A DNA stretch of 64,000 nucleotides from contig JBHGNT010000004.1 in the NCBI GenBank assembly GCA_043228905.1, positions 9,362,001 to 9,426,000 of the forward strand, given 5' to 3'. Each line of letters begins with the position of its first letter. Within the stretch, counting starts at the first letter, position 1. Below the pieces are notes generated by a model. The model saw only the letters and a list, made by a program, of their open reading frames with translations. It was not told where the DNA came from and ran no database searches. Below are positions 63,760 through 64,000 of the stretch, piece after piece. Position numbers and translations under genes: made by a program. The stretch comes from Azolla caroliniana. Its lineage: Eukaryota; Plantae; Polypodiophyta.

Positions 63760-64000
63760 AGGAGTGATCATGAATGTATATTTGGCTATTAAGTGTAACT
63801 ACATTCCGCTTGTAACAAATCGAGTAATATAAAATCATGTGTTTTGAATTCTTATGATTTCCCAAAAATCGTTTCTTATAAAATAACATTGGTTGTAAAG
63901 TTTGTGATATAAATTGAGAATGTATGTTTTTGAAATTCGTCTTTTTTTAGTTACTTCTAAATCACGAAAATAGTGGATTTTTAACCTTTTTCATAGTATG

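Larger units (their letters stand above)
54900..64000 (+). mobile_element. Sola-like TIR DNA transposon, copy 2 (right TIR expected about 100 bp past the window end)
   Basis: Identical left TIR at 54900, preceded by AGAT (predicted TSD); colinear with copy 1 throughout. Confidence 0.93.

Overview
Eukaryotic, transposon-dense window that looks like non-seed land-plant heterochromatin (inferred from plant-type tRNA-iMet and tRNA-Trp primer-binding sites, GT-AG introns and a MYB remnant). No intact host gene is visible. Contents: three Ty1/Copia elements, two Ty3/Gypsy elements, a young gag-only LTR element, a fragmented L1-type LINE and several satellites, all nested. The main find is a ~9.3-kb cut-and-paste DNA transposon family with 36-bp TIRs (AACACGTTCGCGTTCACAAGTGG...) and 4-bp TSDs. 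It is present as two near-identical gene-bearing copies (42634-51937, and 54900 to beyond the window end) plus an older gene-depleted relative (16277-24493). Besides a Sola-like DDD transposase, each gene-bearing copy carries a divergently transcribed six-exon gene. I reconstruct this by hand as a ~974-aa ParB/Srx-like domain fused to a bacterial-type beta-class amino-DNA methyltransferase (DIPY ... FSGTGTT). Its first intron holds about 10 near-perfect palindromes (GAACTCGATACG-S-CGTATCGAGTTC) phased at 51-52 bp, and the same palindrome persists in the gene-depleted relative. All domain calls are by motif recognition; no database search was run.
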